In this document: piece by piece, positions 31,326-40,442 of the stretch
How positions within the stretch are numbered: the first letter of the stretch is position 1
Layout of the letters: the number at the start of each line of letters is the position of its first letter
NCBI GenBank assembly: GCA_963850305.1
Contig: CAWKKR010000007.1
Span: 768,001-832,000 of the forward strand
Direction of reading: 5' to 3'
Origin: an uncultured delta proteobacterium
GTDB lineage: Bacteria; Myxococcota_A; Polyangia; Polyangiales; Polyangiaceae
Length of the DNA: 64,000 nt
Made by a program: the position numbers and the translations under genes
The notes under the pieces: generated by a model
Database searches by the model: none
What the model saw: the letters and a program-made list of their open reading frames with translations, nothing else
Told to the model about the DNA's origin: nothing

Positions 31326-32255
31326 ATGGACGCCGACACTCCCATGGGCGAGAAAAAGGTTATCGACGGGCGCCTTCGCGTCTTTTACTACGGCTACTGG
31401 ATCAAAGCGTACGAAGTTCCTGCAGACACGCTCCTCGCGAAGAAGCGGCTCATCGAAGCGCTCACGCGGCGGCTCTTCAACCACGTCGAGCACGGCGTGA
31501 ACGTGCCTGGACAGCGCCTCGACGAGGCGCGACGAGCGTTCGACGCGGAAACGAGCCCCGAGGGCCGTCGCGTGAAGGCCGCGATGCTCGCGGGCGCGCT
31601 CTTCAACCGCGCGACGGACGTGTTCACGAAGCTCGTCGAAATTCAAGCGCTCGGCATCGAGATCCACCACGACAATGCGCTCATGCGAGAGTGCGGCGAG
31701 CACCTGCAAGAAGCCCTCGCGCTCGGGAAGATGGTGCTGCACAGGAGCGGCGAAGAAGGCATCGACGAACTGTGGGGCGAGCCGTTCAAGGCGTTCGCGT
31801 ACCCGATCGCCGACTTTTATAGGACCCGCTACGTCAAGATCGCCCAGACCATGGGCGCCATCGACCGCATCGCGGAAGCGCTCCAGCGCACGTTCGACGG
31901 CGTCCCCGCCTTTGCCGGAATCGGGCCAGCCATCCGCGATTTCGCGTCCGCCGCGAAGTGCAAATGCGAGACCCTCCGCACCGACGACGACATCTTCGAC
32001 ATCTGGACGTCGTTCGTCGTCGCGGGGGAGCGGCTCGACGCGTTCGCGCCGGTCCTCGAAGACCACGCGGCCATCACCGAACAGCACTGGGCCGGGCGCG
32101 GCAAACAGCTCCTCCGCGACGGCAAGGACCTCGTCTTTTACGTGACGCGCGCCCGCGTCCCCATGCCGAAGAGCACACGCGAACTGGTCGCCCGGTGCGA
32201 CGAGTTCCGCGCCTCGTGCGACCGGACCTCGGGCGTCGAACGGAGTGTCGCATGA
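31326..32255 (+). CDS. Hypothetical soluble, mostly helical protein
   Basis: 309-aa ORF with protein-like composition and GC-ending codons; no family recognised. Confidence 0.75.
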   Translation: MDADTPMGEKKVIDGRLRVFYYGYWIKAYEVPADTLLAKKRLIEALTRRLFNHVEHGVNVPGQRLDEARRAFDAETSPEGRRVKAAMLAGALFNRATDVFTKLVEIQALGIEIHHDNALMRECGEHLQEALALGKMVLHRSGEEGIDELWGEPFKAFAYPIADFYRTRYVKIAQTMGAIDRIAEALQRTFDGVPAFAGIGPAIRDFASAAKCKCETLRTDDDIFDIWTSFVVAGERLDAFAPVLEDHAAITEQHWAGRGKQLLRDGKDLVFYVTRARVPMPKSTRELVARCDEFRASCDRTSGVERSVA

Positions 32256-32342
32256 AGATGGTTGCTGCGGCCCGGGACGTCTGACCACAAGAATCTTCCC
32301 GACTTCTCATCACCTTCGTGTCTGACGTGACGCCGTCGCTAC

Positions 32343-32789
32343 GTGGTTGACGCGACCCGCAATTCACACGACAAGCTCCGGGTGGGCCAGTTCCGGACCG
32401 CCGCCATCTTCAGAGGAGCGCTGATTGGCGGCATCGCCGCCGGTATCCTGGACCTCGGTCTGTACTTCGTCGGCAAGGCGTCGGGCGCCAGCTTTCTGGT
32501 GGTGCAGAAGGGCTCCGTGCCCAGGTCCATCCCACCATTCATGCCTGTCGCAAATTGCGTCCTCGGAGCGCTCGTCGCGGCGGCCGTGCTGACCGGTCTC
32601 GTGAAGTTCTTCGGCGAGCGGGCCTGGTGGCTCTTCACCATGGTGGCCGCCGTCGTGTTCGTGATCTTCTTCACGCTGCCGATCACCACGCTGCCCGGCG
32701 ACACGAGATCGATCGCGTTTCTCGAGCTGATGCACATCCCCGCCACGCTCGGCATCGTGGGCGGCATCTGGCGCTTCGGAAGAGGTTGA
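32343..32789 (+). CDS. Four-TM membrane protein (DUF6069-like)
   Basis: Four hydrophobic helices with C-terminal L.LMH motif. Confidence 0.6.
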   Translation: MVDATRNSHDKLRVGQFRTAAIFRGALIGGIAAGILDLGLYFVGKASGASFLVVQKGSVPRSIPPFMPVANCVLGALVAAAVLTGLVKFFGERAWWLFTMVAAVVFVIFFTLPITTLPGDTRSIAFLELMHIPATLGIVGGIWRFGRG

Positions 32790-32814
32790 GCACGCCACGC
32801 GGCCGCGTCGCGAC

Positions 32815-33507
32815 TCAGTGACAGCTTGCGCCGCCGTCCGGGAGCAGGACACACTCTTGCCCCGCCTTGCAGGTCAGGCCGCTGCAAGGGTCCGGAATGC
32901 ACACTCCCGCGTCCGATTCGACGACGCAGCGTGCGCCGGACTTGCACGTGACGCCGCTGCAAGGGTTCTGAACGCACATCCCCGTTCCGTCGGGTTGGAG
33001 GATGCAGTCCTGCCCCGCCTTGCACGTGACGCTGCTGCAAGGGTCCGGGATGCACCCAGCCGTTCCATCGGTCGCGACGGTGCAGATCTGGCCCACCTTG
33101 CACGCGATGCTGGCGCACGACTCCTTCGGCGCGCATGCGCCGAGGTGGGCGGCAGTGACGCCGGCCTTCGCCATATCGCACAGATTGTCGTACGTCTGGT
33201 CGTCGCAACCGCATACCGGGTTCGAAGTGGCGCGACACGAGGTTGGTCTTGCCAGACAGAGCCCCCACGTTCGCGGCCCCGGACACCCTCCGGGGGTGAT
33301 CGTCACGCACACGCTGTCCGTCGAGCAGGTACGACTCGCAGGTCCGCCGCAGATACCGGGTAGCGACAGGTCGTCTTGCACCACTCCGCTCGAAATGGGC
33401 TCCGATGGGGAGTCCGCACTGCTACACCCGGCCGAAGCGAGGCTCAGCAGTAGTCCGAGACCCGGTCCCCCGGTGATCGCGCACACATACGCCGCACATG
33501 CTCTCAT
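32815..33507 (-). CDS. Cys-rich lipoprotein with Kazal-type domain and tandem follistatin-N-like repeats
   Basis: Lipobox SAGC; PVCGCDDQTYDNLC; four C-x4-C-x2-G-x2-C...C repeats. Confidence 0.75.
   Translation of the reverse strand: MRACAAYVCAITGGPGLGLLLSLASAGCSSADSPSEPISSGVVQDDLSLPGICGGPASRTCSTDSVCVTITPGGCPGPRTWGLCLARPTSCRATSNPVCGCDDQTYDNLCDMAKAGVTAAHLGACAPKESCASIACKVGQICTVATDGTAGCIPDPCSSVTCKAGQDCILQPDGTGMCVQNPCSGVTCKSGARCVVESDAGVCIPDPCSGLTCKAGQECVLLPDGGASCH
32820..33125 (-). repeat. Intragenic tandem repeats of about 75-78 bp encoding (D/N)PCS(G/S)(V/L)TCK.G..C units
   Basis: CTTGCA.GT.A.GC.GCTGCAAGGGT recurs near 32866, 32941 and 33019. Confidence 0.75.
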
Positions 33508-33697
33508 GGATGAGTCCCCCTGGTTGAGCCCGCCTCTCACGGACCGAGCGGCTCTTGACCTGGGGCGCCGCGTGAGCGACGTCAATGCGGAGGAGCGCGA
33601 CTCTTATCTGGCCGTCGCGGCGTTCGGCGCGACCGCGCCGTATCCCGTCGGCTCGAGCGTCTTGTTGTCCCGTCGCGAATGACGGATGCTCGCGCCC

Positions 33698-33880
33698 ATG
33701 AGTGACGCAGAGACGGTGCTCGTGACCGGAGGTTCGGGGTTCATCGGCGGCGACGGGATCCTGCGGTTGCTCGCCGCCGGGTACCGCGTGAAAACGGCGG
33801 TGCACAAGCTTGCGCGCGAGCCCGAAGTGCCGTTCGCGGGGGAGAGCCTGGTGAAGCTCGTAGTCGTCAAAGCCGGCTAG
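33698..33880 (+). pseudogene. NAD-dependent epimerase/dehydratase N-terminal fragment
   Basis: TVLVTGGSGFIG...LLAAGYRV Rossmann motif, but stops after about 60 codons. Confidence 0.65.
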
Positions 33881-33884
33881 TCGG

Positions 33885-34490
33885 ATGAATCAGACCGTCG
33901 AGGCCGAGATCGCCCGCGCGTGGCACTCGCGGCTCGTGCCGCGGATCCTTACCCTCGTCGCGGTTGCATACTTCGCTTGCATCTGGCTCGATGCGGCCGG
34001 GAGCCGCCTTCACGAACGTATATTTCCGGCCGCCCTCACGTATTTCACCCAGGTCGCCGCGCTCTTTCCAAAAGCAGCGATGGACGTGCTCGAGTACCGC
34101 GTGGAGGGCTGGGACTGCGCGAGCGCGCGCTGGAGAGAAATCGATGCGCGGATCGATTTTCCGATGGACGCGGACAGCAAGGAAAACCGCTTCTATCGGG
34201 TACTCCATTTCTTCCGACAGACCCGTCCGGTGATGCGTGCCCTCGACGAGTTCCTGGTGAGCCGGCACAACGCGCGCGTGAGCCTGGGTGGCGAAAGAAT
34301 CGGATTCATCGGGGGGATCCGCACCCAGAGCATCCGCGTCCCGCTCCCCAAACCAGGTGACAAGAGCCAACCTTACAGGCGGCTCCCGGCGGACTCGTAT
34401 CCGACGGACGAGCACCACTATTGGTATTGGACGCCGGGGTCACGACGCGCGGAGCGCTGCGGGGCGTCTTCGCCAGCAGGTGGTGAATGA
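33885..34490 (+). CDS. Membrane-anchored hypothetical protein, partner of the HTTM gene
   Basis: N-terminal TM, FTQVAALFP loosely resembling SdpA/DUF5819 motifs; stop abuts the next start. Confidence 0.6.
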   Translation: MNQTVEAEIARAWHSRLVPRILTLVAVAYFACIWLDAAGSRLHERIFPAALTYFTQVAALFPKAAMDVLEYRVEGWDCASARWREIDARIDFPMDADSKENRFYRVLHFFRQTRPVMRALDEFLVSRHNARVSLGGERIGFIGGIRTQSIRVPLPKPGDKSQPYRRLPADSYPTDEHHYWYWTPGSRRAERCGASSPAGGE

Positions 34491-34491
34491 G

Positions 34492-35412
34492 ATGAGGTCG
34501 TTCGACGCCTGGCTCGACGAGCCACAGCCGATCGCCAGGCTGGAGCTGATCCGCATCTGCGCGCCGCTCGCGATCCTCGGCTTCCTGTCCTCGCGCCTGG
34601 CGTACGTCGAAGATTGGGTCGGCGACAGCGGCTTCCGGCTTCCGGAATTCCACGACGCCCTCCGTCATCCCGTCGACGTGCCCGCGCTCTCCGACACGAG
34701 CGCCCAGCTCTTCGGGGTTATCGTCATCGCTTCGGCGCTCGCGCTTTCCGCTGGATTTCATCCTAGAAAGGCGGCACTGCTGCTCGGCGTGTGCGTCGCC
34801 TATGCGGCGCTCGGGGACCGGCTGTCCACGTTCACGGTGACCAAGATCACGCCGGTGATCGCGTTCGCTCTGGCGGCGAGCCCGTGCGGTTCGGCGTATA
34901 GCGTGCACGCATGGCTCCGGCGCAGGGCCAACCCAGAGTACCGCGCGCCCGACCAGGTTTGCGGTGGCTCGGTACGGTTCTTCCAGGTATTTTTGTGTGT
35001 TTTTTATGCTTCATCGGGGCTCGCCAAGGTGCGGGGGGATTGGCTCACGCATCCGTTCGTTCTGTGGACACACTTGCACGATAGCCAGCAGACCTGGGTC
35101 TCGGTGCTCATGGCGAACACGCTCCCTGCGGCCGGGTGGACCATCGCTCAGGGCGCCGTACTCCTGTTCGAGGTGTTCGCCCCTCTCTGGTTCGCCTTCG
35201 GACGCACGCGAACGGCGGCCCTCGTGTTCGCGATCGGAATGCACGCGTTCATCGGGATGTGTTTCTGGCCCGTCCGCTGGTTCGCGCTCCTGATGATCTC
35301 GCTCTTGCTGGGCGCTTTCGTGTCGGAACGAACGCTCCAAATGACGGAGGACCGGCTCGACGCGTGGATCTCCAAGCCGGGCGAAGGCCGGAATGGATGG
35401 GGCCGCGAATGA
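34492..35412 (+). CDS. HTTM domain membrane protein
   Basis: LELIRI, PCG.AYSV, FYASSGLAKVRGDW, FE.FAP and MHAFI; multiple TM helices. Confidence 0.8.
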   Translation: MRSFDAWLDEPQPIARLELIRICAPLAILGFLSSRLAYVEDWVGDSGFRLPEFHDALRHPVDVPALSDTSAQLFGVIVIASALALSAGFHPRKAALLLGVCVAYAALGDRLSTFTVTKITPVIAFALAASPCGSAYSVHAWLRRRANPEYRAPDQVCGGSVRFFQVFLCVFYASSGLAKVRGDWLTHPFVLWTHLHDSQQTWVSVLMANTLPAAGWTIAQGAVLLFEVFAPLWFAFGRTRTAALVFAIGMHAFIGMCFWPVRWFALLMISLLLGAFVSERTLQMTEDRLDAWISKPGEGRNGWGRE

Positions 35413-35430
35413 AATCCTGACCTCGAGACG

Positions 35431-35907
35431 CTACTGTCCCGAGCGTCCGAGCGCCGCGATCACTTCCGGCGGCGCCTGGACGAGCTCGAGGAGCGTGCCC
35501 TGGGCGCCGACGGGGAACTCGTCGTTGCCCTTGGGATGGACGAAGCACACGTCATAGCCGGAGGCGCCGCGGCGGATGCCGCCGGGGGTGAAGCGGACGC
35601 CGTTCTTGCCGAGCCATTCGACGGCGGCTTTCAGATCGTCCACCCAGAGGCCGAAGTGATTGAGCTGGGGTACGTGGACCTTCGGGCTCTTCTCGGGATC
35701 GATGGGCTGCATCAGGTCGATCTCGACGGAGAGTGGACCGTGACCGATGCGCGCGATGTCCTCGTCGACGTTTTCCTTGTCGCTGCGGTAGTTGCCGACG
35801 CGTTCGAGCCCCATCAAATCGATCCAGAAACGGCCGAGCTCCGTCTTGTCGAGCGCGCCGACGGCGATTTGCTGGATGCCGAGAATGCGGAAAGGTCGAG
35901 TGGACAT
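35431..35907 (-). CDS. VOC family protein (methylmalonyl-CoA epimerase-like)
   Basis: [22 protein letters not shown] and GTLLELVQ motifs. Confidence 0.8.
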   Translation of the reverse strand: MSTRPFRILGIQQIAVGALDKTELGRFWIDLMGLERVGNYRSDKENVDEDIARIGHGPLSVEIDLMQPIDPEKSPKVHVPQLNHFGLWVDDLKAAVEWLGKNGVRFTPGGIRRGASGYDVCFVHPKGNDEFPVGAQGTLLELVQAPPEVIAALGRSGQ

Positions 35908-35933
35908 GGGGACGATCTATCGCCCCGGCAGGC

Positions 35934-36683
35934 CTATGGGAAGCGAAGTTGGACGCCGATGTTCACGAGCAGCGTCGCGCTGATTTCGCGGAGCACTCCC
36001 ACGTCGAGCCCGGCGTTCAGGAAGACGCCGAACGCCTTTGCAAAGTCGTACTGCGGACCGATGCCGACGTGAAAGATCATGTCCTTCTTGTACTGGGGGT
36101 GGAGGCCCAGGTCCCAGTTCGGATTCCCCGCGCCGCTCTCGAGCTCGTAGGCGAGAGCCGGCTCGATGAATACCTTGAGCCGCGAATCCGACATCGTGTA
36201 GATGCGCGCGCCCACACCGAACAGCTCGAGCGGCTTGGTGTTCGACTGGGACTCACCGGAAAACCCGAAGCGGCCGAACACGTAGGGTTCCACGCTGTCC
36301 AGCGGGGCAAAGCTGAGCGCGATCTCGCTCGCTGGCGGCGCGCCGAATCCGCAGATCTTCTGCTGATCGTCGACCGACTGGGTGTGGTCGAACGGCTTGC
36401 AATACGGAGACTGGTCGTACCGAAAGTCGATCTTGTACCCGACCACGATCCCCGCGCGCAGACCGAACTGCATGCCGTGGCCGAAGGTCGCGTCCTCGCC
36501 GTTCTCGCGGTCGGGCTCGTGTGGCTTCGCTTCCGCGGGTTTCGGTGCCGTCGGCTCGGGCGCCGCGGCGTCATTCTTTTCCGTCCCGAGGTTCGTCTGG
36601 CTCGCGGACGCTTCGTCTTTCGCGAAGGACGCGGATGTGGCCAGGAACAAGGCGGCGCCAGTAAGGAGTCTGAGATGGGTCAC
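35934..36683 (-). CDS. Exported, probable outer-membrane beta-barrel hypothetical protein
   Basis: Signal peptide from GTG 36683, then amphipathic beta strands ending VNIGVQLRFP; start uncertain. Confidence 0.6.
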   Translation of the reverse strand: MTHLRLLTGAALFLATSASFAKDEASASQTNLGTEKNDAAAPEPTAPKPAEAKPHEPDRENGEDATFGHGMQFGLRAGIVVGYKIDFRYDQSPYCKPFDHTQSVDDQQKICGFGAPPASEIALSFAPLDSVEPYVFGRFGFSGESQSNTKPLELFGVGARIYTMSDSRLKVFIEPALAYELESGAGNPNWDLGLHPQYKKDMIFHVGIGPQYDFAKAFGVFLNAGLDVGVLREISATLLVNIGVQLRFP

Positions 36684-36928
36684 GAGGGCCAACGATAGAC
36701 CAGACGAAGGGGGTTTTGCGATCGGCGCGGGTTCGGGCGCGCGTGCGTGGAACTGGATGGCCTCCTGTCCTGGAGAAATACTCGTTTCATGCGCGTTCAC
36801 GGGATCGGGCGGCCAGCACGGCGGCGGACCAGCGTACCCGATCCGCGACTCCGATTCGCGGCCAACAAGTCTGAGCGGCGCGGCCGTCCGCCGCTCTCGG
36901 CCGAGGTCATCGAGCAGCCGTGCGCGCC

Positions 36929-37170
36929 TCATCCTCCGGAACAGGCAATGAGGCCTGCGGCGTCACTTCTCGGGGTGTCGTTTGCGGGATCGACGAACCG
37001 AAGAAGGCGTTGCGCGTTCGGTGGGCACTGCTGGACGAGCTCGGCGGAGCCCAGACCCTGGCTCGGGTCGACGTAGCACCAGCCGAGCGCGGTCGGGTCC
37101 GGCGTGACGTCCCGACACGACGCGTCCGCTTGCTGGATGACGCATACATCACGCGCCCTCTGCTTGCAGG
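36929..37170 (-). pseudogene. C-terminal remnant of a Cys-rich exported protein
   Basis: VCVIQQ...GWCYVDP...CP...RLLRF...IAC resembles C-termini of large myxobacterial Cys-rich proteins; upstream frame is not protein-like. Confidence 0.45.
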
Positions 37171-37475
37171 GCCCGTCTCGCGGCGTTGACGACGTTCGCC
37201 GACGCGACCGTGCGCCCCGGCAAGGACGTGCAGCCCGGTTCGTTCCCACTCCACTCACCCCATCAGGCTACAGAGAAGGGCGGAAGACGACAAGCGCAGC
37301 GCGATTCCTAGCCGGTCGCGGAAGCGAGTAACTACTCGGAGTCCGCCGTTTCCTCGGTGTGCGGAGCCATGACGAGGTGCGACGTGAGGATCGCTGAAGA
37401 CGAACAGATCCAAGCGTCGGCACCGAAAGCTCGCTACGTCGCCGAAGGGTTCGGCCCCTGGCGTGAGCCCCCGAC

Positions 37476-39269
37476 TCAGGTCTTCGCTGCGGTCGGATTC
37501 GCACTGCCCGCGGTCGTCCAGGCGCGTTCGACGCCGACGGCTACCCAGTCGAGCTTCGTCGTCTGACCGCCGTTCGAGACCGAGATCGGATCGGTTCCGT
37601 TCCACGACGCCGGATCCGGCAGAGCGAGGGTCGACGCATTGGCGAGAGTCTTGACCGCCTCGCTTTCCCCGGTGAGCGCGACGATGCCGAGGCCGGCAAA
37701 GACGGGAACGCTGCCACTCGGGATGTACGGCGCGATGACGGCGCGGAGATGCGGCACGAGGGCGGGCGCCCGGTCGGCGGCCCAGCGGACGTCTTCGAGC
37801 GATGAAAGGACGAGGGCGCTCGGTTGAGTGGGTGCGCGCAGCTCCGCGAGGACCGCGAGCGTGGCGCCACCGGTCCAGGCGCGTGGCGCACCGTCGCCCG
37901 GGGAGACGGGGCTGCGCTCCGTGGGCTCTTTGCCCTTGCTCTTGATGCGCCGCACGACGAGCACGTCGTCCGTCGGCAGCGCGCGGGGCACCGTGACGCG
38001 CACGGGGCGCTTGAAGCCGCGCGGGTCGCCGACCTGTCCCGACGCGACCGCGTACGCGAGTGTCTCGGCCGACGCCACGACGAAGCGTTGCGACCTCGAG
38101 AGGCCTGGCTCCGGGTCGAAGGTGCGGAGCGAGAGTCCGCCCTCCCTCGGCGGATATAGGTCCGCGGTGATCACTCGACGGTCGGGCTCGACGATACGCG
38201 CGCCCGTCGCGATGAGATCGACGAGGGCTCCGGACTTCGCGAGCACCTCGAGCACTTGCCTGGACGGCGGCGCGATGAGGAAGTCGAGTCGCGGAGGTAC
38301 CTTCTTGCTCTTGAGGAGCGCTGCGGCGGCGAGCATGTCGCGGAGCGACGCGCCGGAGTCCCCACCGAGGATCACCTGGTGCACGGGCTTGCCATCGAGC
38401 TCGCGCACGGGACGTACGACGCCGGCCTCGTCCATGACTAGTGGGTCGACAGCGGAGAGATCGATGGTGATGACGTCGTCACACGGCGCGCCGGGGTCGG
38501 GGACGAGCGCGCGGTGCGCCTTCGAGCGGCGCTGATCGCGGAGGTAAACCTCCGTTTTCTCGTCGCTCACGAAGACGGCGCCCGCGGCGCCGAGCTGCGG
38601 CGCGAGAGCGCAGAGTACGGCGCGCTCCGGCACGGACAGGAGCCGCGCGCTCGGACCGGCGAACTCGAGCACCACGGGCGCTCGGTGTTCGCGATCGATC
38701 CGCTCGATGACCTCGCCGAGACCGCGACGGAGCAGTTCGAGCGCGACGTCACGGACGCACACGAACGGGCGGACGCGGCCCGACAGGAGGATCTGTACGC
38801 TCCGCGGAGGGCGCAGCCAGAGCGAGCCGGTCGCGAGCACTTCTCCGATCTGCGACGGCGAGACGACCAGGGTCAGCATTCCCGCGCCGCCGACGGCCGC
38901 CATCCGCGGGTCGTCCGTGATGGCGAGACGCGCAGGGGCGGCGAATCGCTCGAGATGCACGGCGGCGGGAAAGCCGATGCCGGGGCGCGCGACGAGGAGG
39001 CCGTACCCGAGCGCATTCCGGAGCCCCGCGTTCTCGACTTCCCCGGCGATCGAGACGCAGTGGGTGTCGTAAATGAGCGCGACCTCGACGGCCGCCTTCT
39101 TCATGCCGAGACGCTCCGCCTCCGCGACGGCCCGGTTGGGCTCGCGTGAGAGGACCACCTGGTCGACTTTGAGACGCACCAGATCACCCCCGAGAAGCGG
39201 GTCGTCAGCCCGTCCCGCGAGGATCTTCTGGGGCATCGTGCGAGGCGGATCGCCCGCTTTCGCGCGCAT
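37476..39269 (-). CDS. Aconitase-family protein lacking Fe-S ligands and catalytic motifs
   Basis: QKIL, RPG.G...VHLERF, LSVPERA, IDLS...PLV, P.SRQV, GARI.E, SLRTF and DPR follow single-chain aconitase order. Confidence 0.85.
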   Translation of the reverse strand: MRAKAGDPPRTMPQKILAGRADDPLLGGDLVRLKVDQVVLSREPNRAVAEAERLGMKKAAVEVALIYDTHCVSIAGEVENAGLRNALGYGLLVARPGIGFPAAVHLERFAAPARLAITDDPRMAAVGGAGMLTLVVSPSQIGEVLATGSLWLRPPRSVQILLSGRVRPFVCVRDVALELLRRGLGEVIERIDREHRAPVVLEFAGPSARLLSVPERAVLCALAPQLGAAGAVFVSDEKTEVYLRDQRRSKAHRALVPDPGAPCDDVITIDLSAVDPLVMDEAGVVRPVRELDGKPVHQVILGGDSGASLRDMLAAAALLKSKKVPPRLDFLIAPPSRQVLEVLAKSGALVDLIATGARIVEPDRRVITADLYPPREGGLSLRTFDPEPGLSRSQRFVVASAETLAYAVASGQVGDPRGFKRPVRVTVPRALPTDDVLVVRRIKSKGKEPTERSPVSPGDGAPRAWTGGATLAVLAELRAPTQPSALVLSSLEDVRWAADRAPALVPHLRAVIAPYIPSGSVPVFAGLGIVALTGESEAVKTLANASTLALPDPASWNGTDPISVSNGGQTTKLDWVAVGVERAWTTAGSANPTAAKT

Positions 39270-39531
39270 GAGGCTAATACTCGCGTACCGTTGTGTGCAT
39301 CCGGATGTCGGCCCCCGAGGCGGCGGCGAAGGTAGCCGTTCGGCTAGAGGGGGGTCAAGGTGGGTTTGGGGTTCCTGGCAGTCTTCTTACGGGATTCAAG
39401 GGGATGGGCTTTGCTTTGGAGGGGGCTAGGGGACTGGTGGGCTGGCTGGTGGGGTCGCCCCCCGCTAATCGCCCCCGGATCCATCAGGCGAAACATTCAC
39501 TCGGCCCTGGAAAAAAGCTACGCTGAAGGGC

Positions 39532-39891
39532 ATGTTCAAAGAGGCGCTGAAAGGCGTGGTCGATGCGACCGACGGGGGGCTCGCAGGCCTGCTCATGGAC
39601 TTCGAGGGGATTCCGCTCGAGGTCTACGCCAAGGACGGAACGCCGTTCGACATCGAGGCGGTCGGGGCGGAAATCAGCGTCGTGGTGAAGGCGATTCAGC
39701 GCGCGACGGAGATGCTCGACGCGGGGGTGACCAAGGAGGTCGCGTTCAAGAGCGACAAGATGGTGACGCTGATCCGTGTGCTCGACGAGAATTACTTCCT
39801 GGCGCTCGCGCTCGCGCCCGAAGGCAACTTCGGCAAGGGGCGTTACTTGCTCCGGACCTCGGCGCCGAAGTTCCTGGAGCAGCTCGTCTGA
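39532..39891 (+). CDS. mglC: Roadblock/LC7 protein, MglC-like
   Basis: LMDFEGI and YFLALAL..EGNFGKGRYLLR..APK match my recollection of M. xanthus MglC; no mglA adjacent. Confidence 0.72.
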   Translation: MFKEALKGVVDATDGGLAGLLMDFEGIPLEVYAKDGTPFDIEAVGAEISVVVKAIQRATEMLDAGVTKEVAFKSDKMVTLIRVLDENYFLALALAPEGNFGKGRYLLRTSAPKFLEQLV

Positions 39892-39895
39892 GTTC

Positions 39896-40411
39896 ATGGC
39901 CTCGAAGAAAGCGGCCTCGAGGGGAACGTCACCGAAGATTCTCGTCCTGAGCGGGCCGAATCTCGATCGTCTGGGCCGGCGCGAGCCCGAGATCTACGGG
40001 CACGACACGCTCCGCGACATTCACGCACGGCTCGAGGGGCTGGCGGCGTCACGCGGCGCGACCGTGGATTGCCGGCAGACGAATCACGAGGGCCTGCTCG
40101 TGGATTGGATCGGCGCGGCGCCGGACGAGGGCTTCTCGGGCATCCTGCTCAACGCGGGCGCCTACACGCACACGTCCCTCGCCCTCTACGATGCCATCAA
40201 GTGGGCGCGCATGCCGACGATCGAGGTGCATATCTCGAACCCGGACGCGCGGGAGTCCTTCCGGCACGTGTCCACGATCGCTGCCGCCTGCCGGGCGCGC
40301 GTGGCCGGCTTCGGGCCCGCGAGCTACACGGTGGCGCTCGACGGATTGCTCGGTCTCCTCGCCAAGACACCGGCCCCTGCGAGGCGCCGGCCTGCGCCGG
40401 CGCGCCGTTGA
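39896..40411 (+). CDS. aroQ: Type II 3-dehydroquinate dehydratase
   Basis: GPNLDRLGRREPEIYG, QTNHEG, NAGAYTHTS and EVHISN..ARESFRH. Confidence 0.95.
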   Translation: MASKKAASRGTSPKILVLSGPNLDRLGRREPEIYGHDTLRDIHARLEGLAASRGATVDCRQTNHEGLLVDWIGAAPDEGFSGILLNAGAYTHTSLALYDAIKWARMPTIEVHISNPDARESFRHVSTIAAACRARVAGFGPASYTVALDGLLGLLAKTPAPARRRPAPARR

Positions 40412-40442
40412 CACGGCCCATCCCGGCCGCAACCCTCGGGCA

